From the human T2T-CHM13v2.0 reference genome, Homo sapiens: a DNA stretch of 64,000 nt. A program made the translations under genes and the position numbers. The stretch is taken from assembly GCF_009914755.1 (NCBI RefSeq), contig NC_060938.1; one strand, 5' to 3'. The notes beneath the pieces were generated by a model. That model did no database searches. It was not told where the DNA came from and saw nothing but the letters and a program-made list of their open reading frames with translations. The number at the start of each line of letters is the position of its first letter. The first letter of the stretch is position 1. Below, piece by piece: positions 57,656-64,000 of the stretch.

Positions 57656-58206
57656 CAGTATATATAATAAAGTCTTGCCTTACTACTTTCAACAGGTATT
57701 ATATTATTCTTAAAAATTATCATGCCAAAAAGACTTGTCTCTAGGCATCACTGTTCAGAGATTTTTGAATTTTGGGGCAAAAAATCAATCTGTGACTATA
57801 GACAGATCCTATAAAAATCATAGATATTCATTTGGAGTATAGTAGTTATAAAAGCCTTTCTTTCTACTTTCAGAAAATTTCAAGTGATGATTATTTTGGG
57901 GTGACGATGTTGAAAATGTATAGTATAAGAAAGAAGTACCTGCCCTGGGAAGCCATGAGCTGTGAGCCCCAAAACTTTGTTGGATAGTAAAAATTTTTTT
58001 TTATGTCCAGGTGCTACAAATACTAGTATTTATCTAAACAGAGTTAACACTATTTCCATATAGAACGTATCTGTTTTGAAGAGGCATTGATCTCTTCCAA
58101 ATAAAATAATGCCAAAATCTATTGATTTAATTGACATTCACCTTTTTAACCCCGAGCCTAGGAAATTTTCAGGCTTCATTGCACTTCTTGTCTGCAATAT
58201 CTCTTT

Positions 58207-58310
58207 TTATATGTTTATATATATGTGTGTGTATATATATACATATATAAACATGTATATATATAGTGTATATATACATATGTACTATATATACACTCAA
58301 TATATTTATA
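58207..58310. repeat. Degenerate (TA)n/(TG)n low-complexity tract
   Basis: Direct inspection. Confidence 0.85.
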
Positions 58311-59069
58311 AGTTAGAACTTCTAAACAATGTATATTCAGCTTTCTGTTTTCATATTTTTTTCTAGTCTGGGGTAAACAGTATGGCAATATGTATCTGAT
58401 GGGGTAACAGAGCAGTATTGTTTGCCCTATTGCTCCCTTATTTCAGCAACAAGTCACAATTGTACGAAAATACAGAAAAAAATCCAGAAAGACGTGGGGA
58501 ATTACTTCTGGAGTATCACAGAACCAATAGTAAAGTTACAGCCTCTGGCTTGCCGGGGCTGTACTTCTTCACTATGTTATTGGTGCTGTTGTGCTTCTAA
58601 TTTGAAAAGAAAAGGGAATTCTGTTGTCACTGGGGCAGCTTTTGGATATATGGCTAATATATATTTTTAAATTTTCTGGCACAGAGGAACATCCTATACA
58701 TTTATTTACTATTTTGTTTTAAAATTTCTAAGAATATGTTTGCATATGAATTATATGAGAAAATATAAAATTTGGGAAAACTATACACAGATATATTTTT
58801 GTAGTTTATCAATTATTATCAAATAACATTTTTAACTATGAAGTGAAATCACAGGCACAAAACCTAATGGGCCTTCAATCAAACATTATATTTTCGAGCA
58901 ATGTTAGCCTTACAGATGTTTTTTTCTGATCAACTATCTGGCTATCTGGCATAGACTTAATTAGCTCGAAGACCAAGAATTCACTTTATTGTTTTTAAAG
59001 AATTTCTTATTTGTGTTACCCGGCGAAAAATTCAAATGTCAAATCTACAAGCATACTAAGAACTCAAAA

Positions 59070-59230
59070 CACTGTTGAGAGACAACAGGGAAATGAATTT
59101 TCATCTAGAAATCAAGAGACACAGGTTCTTATCATATTTTAACATCAGGATTACATGTGTGACACTAGGAAAATCAGTTCTTCTGGTTTTCAGGTCCTTC
59201 CTTTACAAAACAGAATGGTTGGACTAAATA
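59070..59230 (+). mobile_element. MIR fragment
   Basis: tctagaaatcaagagacacaggttc...tgtgtgacactaggaaaatca...ggttggacta. Confidence 0.45.
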
Positions 59231-61958
59231 ATCAATGCAAAAATATTTTGATATTGTCACATAGTCATGTTTAATGGCTATTGGATATTGTAGAACAAGA
59301 ATTATAGAAGTGAAGTGGTGATTGTTACATTTACCATAATGAATAATCATATCCTTGGGCTTATATAAGGATCAGAGTTCAAATAAAATTTTAAGATTGT
59401 TGAAATAAATTATTTTAGCTCTTCTACTTTCATTTTCTTTTCTATGATTATGTAATCTCATGAATTATGATTAATTTATGAATAGTAGACAATATATTAT
59501 GCTATGCCACTGTAGCGGAAACATAGACTCCAAATAGATTTTTCTAATGGCAAGGTGAACATAACCAAAGACCGATGTTTGAATTCATATGGCTTTCTTA
59601 CATGTAGAAATTGCCTTCTAAGAAAATTAGCTCAGCCCCATTTGAATCAAACTTTGGAATGTGTGGTAAGATACAAGGGAAAGTTTTACCATTGCAGAGC
59701 CCAAATTTTGCTGACTAGGACTCTGCCACAGTACCTCCTGATTCAGAAAAGAATAAACAATATACAAACTAAACTCTGCTGAAGTAATCATTTTCATTAG
59801 CTCGATTTTCATCTCACCCTGAATTGACCCTGGAGCTCTATTTATACTTAAACTTTAAGTATAATTGTGAAATACGGTAAATGAGGAATACATGAACCTG
59901 AGTAAATTTACAAAGTCAGCTATGTAAAAACAGATTCTTAGAGGTCAAACTAAACTAATATGTAAATCTGTAATGGTTTTCACCTCCAGAAATAGAGGTT
60001 ATTCTTTCCCTCAAAATAATTACCATCATTCTAGCTTTGTAAGTATGCATTGTTATTGCTTTGTAAGACAAGCTGATTTCAAATCTTGCTTTTCCTCTGT
60101 TTTTTAATCCTTATTATAGTATTTTTATGTTGCTCTATTCTTCTTTTAAAATGTTTCTATTTTCTTAATGCAGAAACAATTGATCTTGATGGAACAATCT
60201 TGTTTTTATATAAAATTTCAAGCTGGTGATGACATGTGTAAAAGGAAAAGTGCTGCAAGCAGTAAATGCTGTTCAGTTTGCAGTCCATTACATCAACATA
60301 TCTAAATGATCCTCTTTAGCCCAGTAAGTACCTATACTGTGCTTACTCTTTCCAAAATGTCCATTTCTTTAAAATCCAAGTTGATGATAACTCTTTCATA
60401 GGGCAGAATTCAAGTAAATATTGTAAAGGAATAAAGACTTTGCAATGACCTTTCTATATGTGATTATACAACGCAATCCCAAATTATTTGAAGAGCTAAA
60501 GATTAGGCACTCTAAGCTGGGAGTTGAATGAGGAGACCTAAGTCAACAACGATAATTTACCTTTTATTTTTTAATGTAGAAAGTATTTGAAGTATCATGT
60601 ATATTTTTCTCTATGTTGCTATTTAATACTAATAAGACTTGCCCATGACTAATTTATTTTTTGACTGGCAATTTAATTATGAATAAGCCAACAAGATTAT
60701 CTCATACTTCAAAGGAATAGTCATTTTCCTAACAGTCTTTGTATTATCTGATGTATATTTAGGGAAGTTATCACACTAGCTTACCACCAATTATAGTATT
60801 ATTGATATAAAAAATTAAGACCACATAGAGAATGATTACAGAAAAGTAACTACAAGACATTTGAGGTTAGTTGTAATGGAATTATTAAATGAAAACCAAA
60901 GAAAGTATTTGATTTAGATCAGGCAAATAGAATCTTCTTGACTCAAGGCTCCAACCTCATTTTATTCTATATTAAAACATTAAAGTAACTAATTAGTAGT
61001 TCCAAACACATTTGCTAAAAATCTAATCATGTTTACATTTTAACGAAACTATGGCTTCCATGCTCTTCCAGATTTGATATCCAAATACTGTATGCAACTC
61101 CTCAATTATCTAGCAAAGCAACTGACAGCAAATCAAGACAAGGTATAGGAGACTATAACACAATTGGAGAGCACATGCAGTTCTGAGAGAGAGAAATGGA
61201 ATGTTAAGACTAATAAGACATCTAGCATGGTTCTTGGAACAGTGGGAGACAGATTGTCTGTTGCTTGATTGGAAGATTGATGCAATGACAATGTATGAAT
61301 GGCTGACTCCACTTGGCTAGCTAGTATAACCCCGTTTGTAATGCAAACACATTCAATCGCAATGTTACTATAAAGTCCAGTACCAAGGCAAAAACACAAA
61401 GTAGAAAGACATCTGAGCAGCATGTGAATTATAATGTTAAAGATTTCACCTTTGAGTTATTTCATTTACTGAAGAATAAATAGGTTTATTCACGTCTGGA
61501 TTTATTTTGCTTACTAGCTTAGCCACAGATACCCATAATGCTTGTCAATCAACTATGCTGGTTCTCTGTGGCCATCACAGTGAGTATTTTTATAAAAAAT
61601 ACTGTGAAACAGATGCACACATAATAGGAATATAATGGTAGGAAAACCATTTCTGCCACCTAAAACTATTCTACAGAGAGATTCTTGACTTTTAATAAGG
61701 TAAAGAGAAAGGATTCCATAAGCTTTAAGTCTTATAGTATTTATATTTTATTCATACTTACAAAAGGGATTATATTGAGTATTTAGAATTCTTTTTTTTA
61801 CTTCTAATGTAATTTTATTTTACTAAGTATTTTTAGGATTTTCCATTTATTACCTTTTAAAATTTTCATCCATGAGAACAGAGCTTTCCATATTCAACAT
61901 TTCTTAAGCTATGCATAATTTTTATGAAGTTCTTATTTTTTAATGGTTTTTTAAAAAA

Positions 61959-63574
<1,616 letters not shown>

Positions 63575-64000
63575 CTATGCTGAATAGATATTTGCAAACA
63601 GTGATGACTCATATTAAACTATAATTTATATTTTTTCCAATTTTCCATTATGAATTCTCTTTGTAACTTATTCTAATGCCTTAAAATGTCCTAAGCGAAG
63701 ATCATTATTATACAACGTAATAAAGATTTTCTGCTTCAGATGAAACTAGTCTCTCTTTTTTTTTTTCTGAATGTAGAATATCTGGTCATTATTCTTTATA
63801 ATTTATGCTTAAATTCTTTTGTTCGGTGAACGTTATTAAGTACCACATTAGTCCTATATTTACAGTTTCTGTAAGTAAATGTTTGGGAAATGAATGAGTT
63901 TCTTACTTAAAGCAATTTTTTTCTTTCATTTGAGTTTTGCATTTTCTACCTATAGTGTTCTTGTGCAATTATGATACTTCCCTTACTAGATTTGTTTTCT

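Noticed and set aside
58360-61900. Long mostly unique stretch as coding exons or enhancer
   Set aside because: Only short, compositionally biased ORFs and no recognisable motif; conservation data would be needed.

Overview
AT-rich, repeat-dense catarrhine/ape-type genomic DNA (AluY and young L1PA copies are present), intergenic or deep intronic. I find no supportable cellular protein-coding gene, RNA gene or new multi-gene biological system. The long ORFs are LINE-1 ORF1/ORF2 remnants or chance frames in Alu/LTR sequence. The window is a layered record of transposons: L2/MIR, ancient L1M, DNA transposons (Tigger2a, MER5A, MER3, MER45), LTRs (LTR22, THE1A, MLT1, MER50, MER21, MER52-like), eight Alus and several L1PA copies. 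The most interesting signals are mechanistic scars in the L1 copies. (i) A near-full-length L1PA7-like element has an ORF2 deletion patched with an inverted ORF1 fragment, and also carries a 27-bp templated insertion from about 940 bp downstream. (ii) There are two twin-priming 5' inversions, one young and one ancient. (iii) Three independent L1 breakpoints cluster within about 40 nt of ORF2. (iv) Two young L1s share non-consensus diagnostic bases. A few unique-sequence oddities are flagged at low confidence: a CpG/ETS-rich hairpin with a splice donor, and a candidate non-coding exon. Subfamily names come from recalled consensus sequences and need RepeatMasker/Dfam confirmation.
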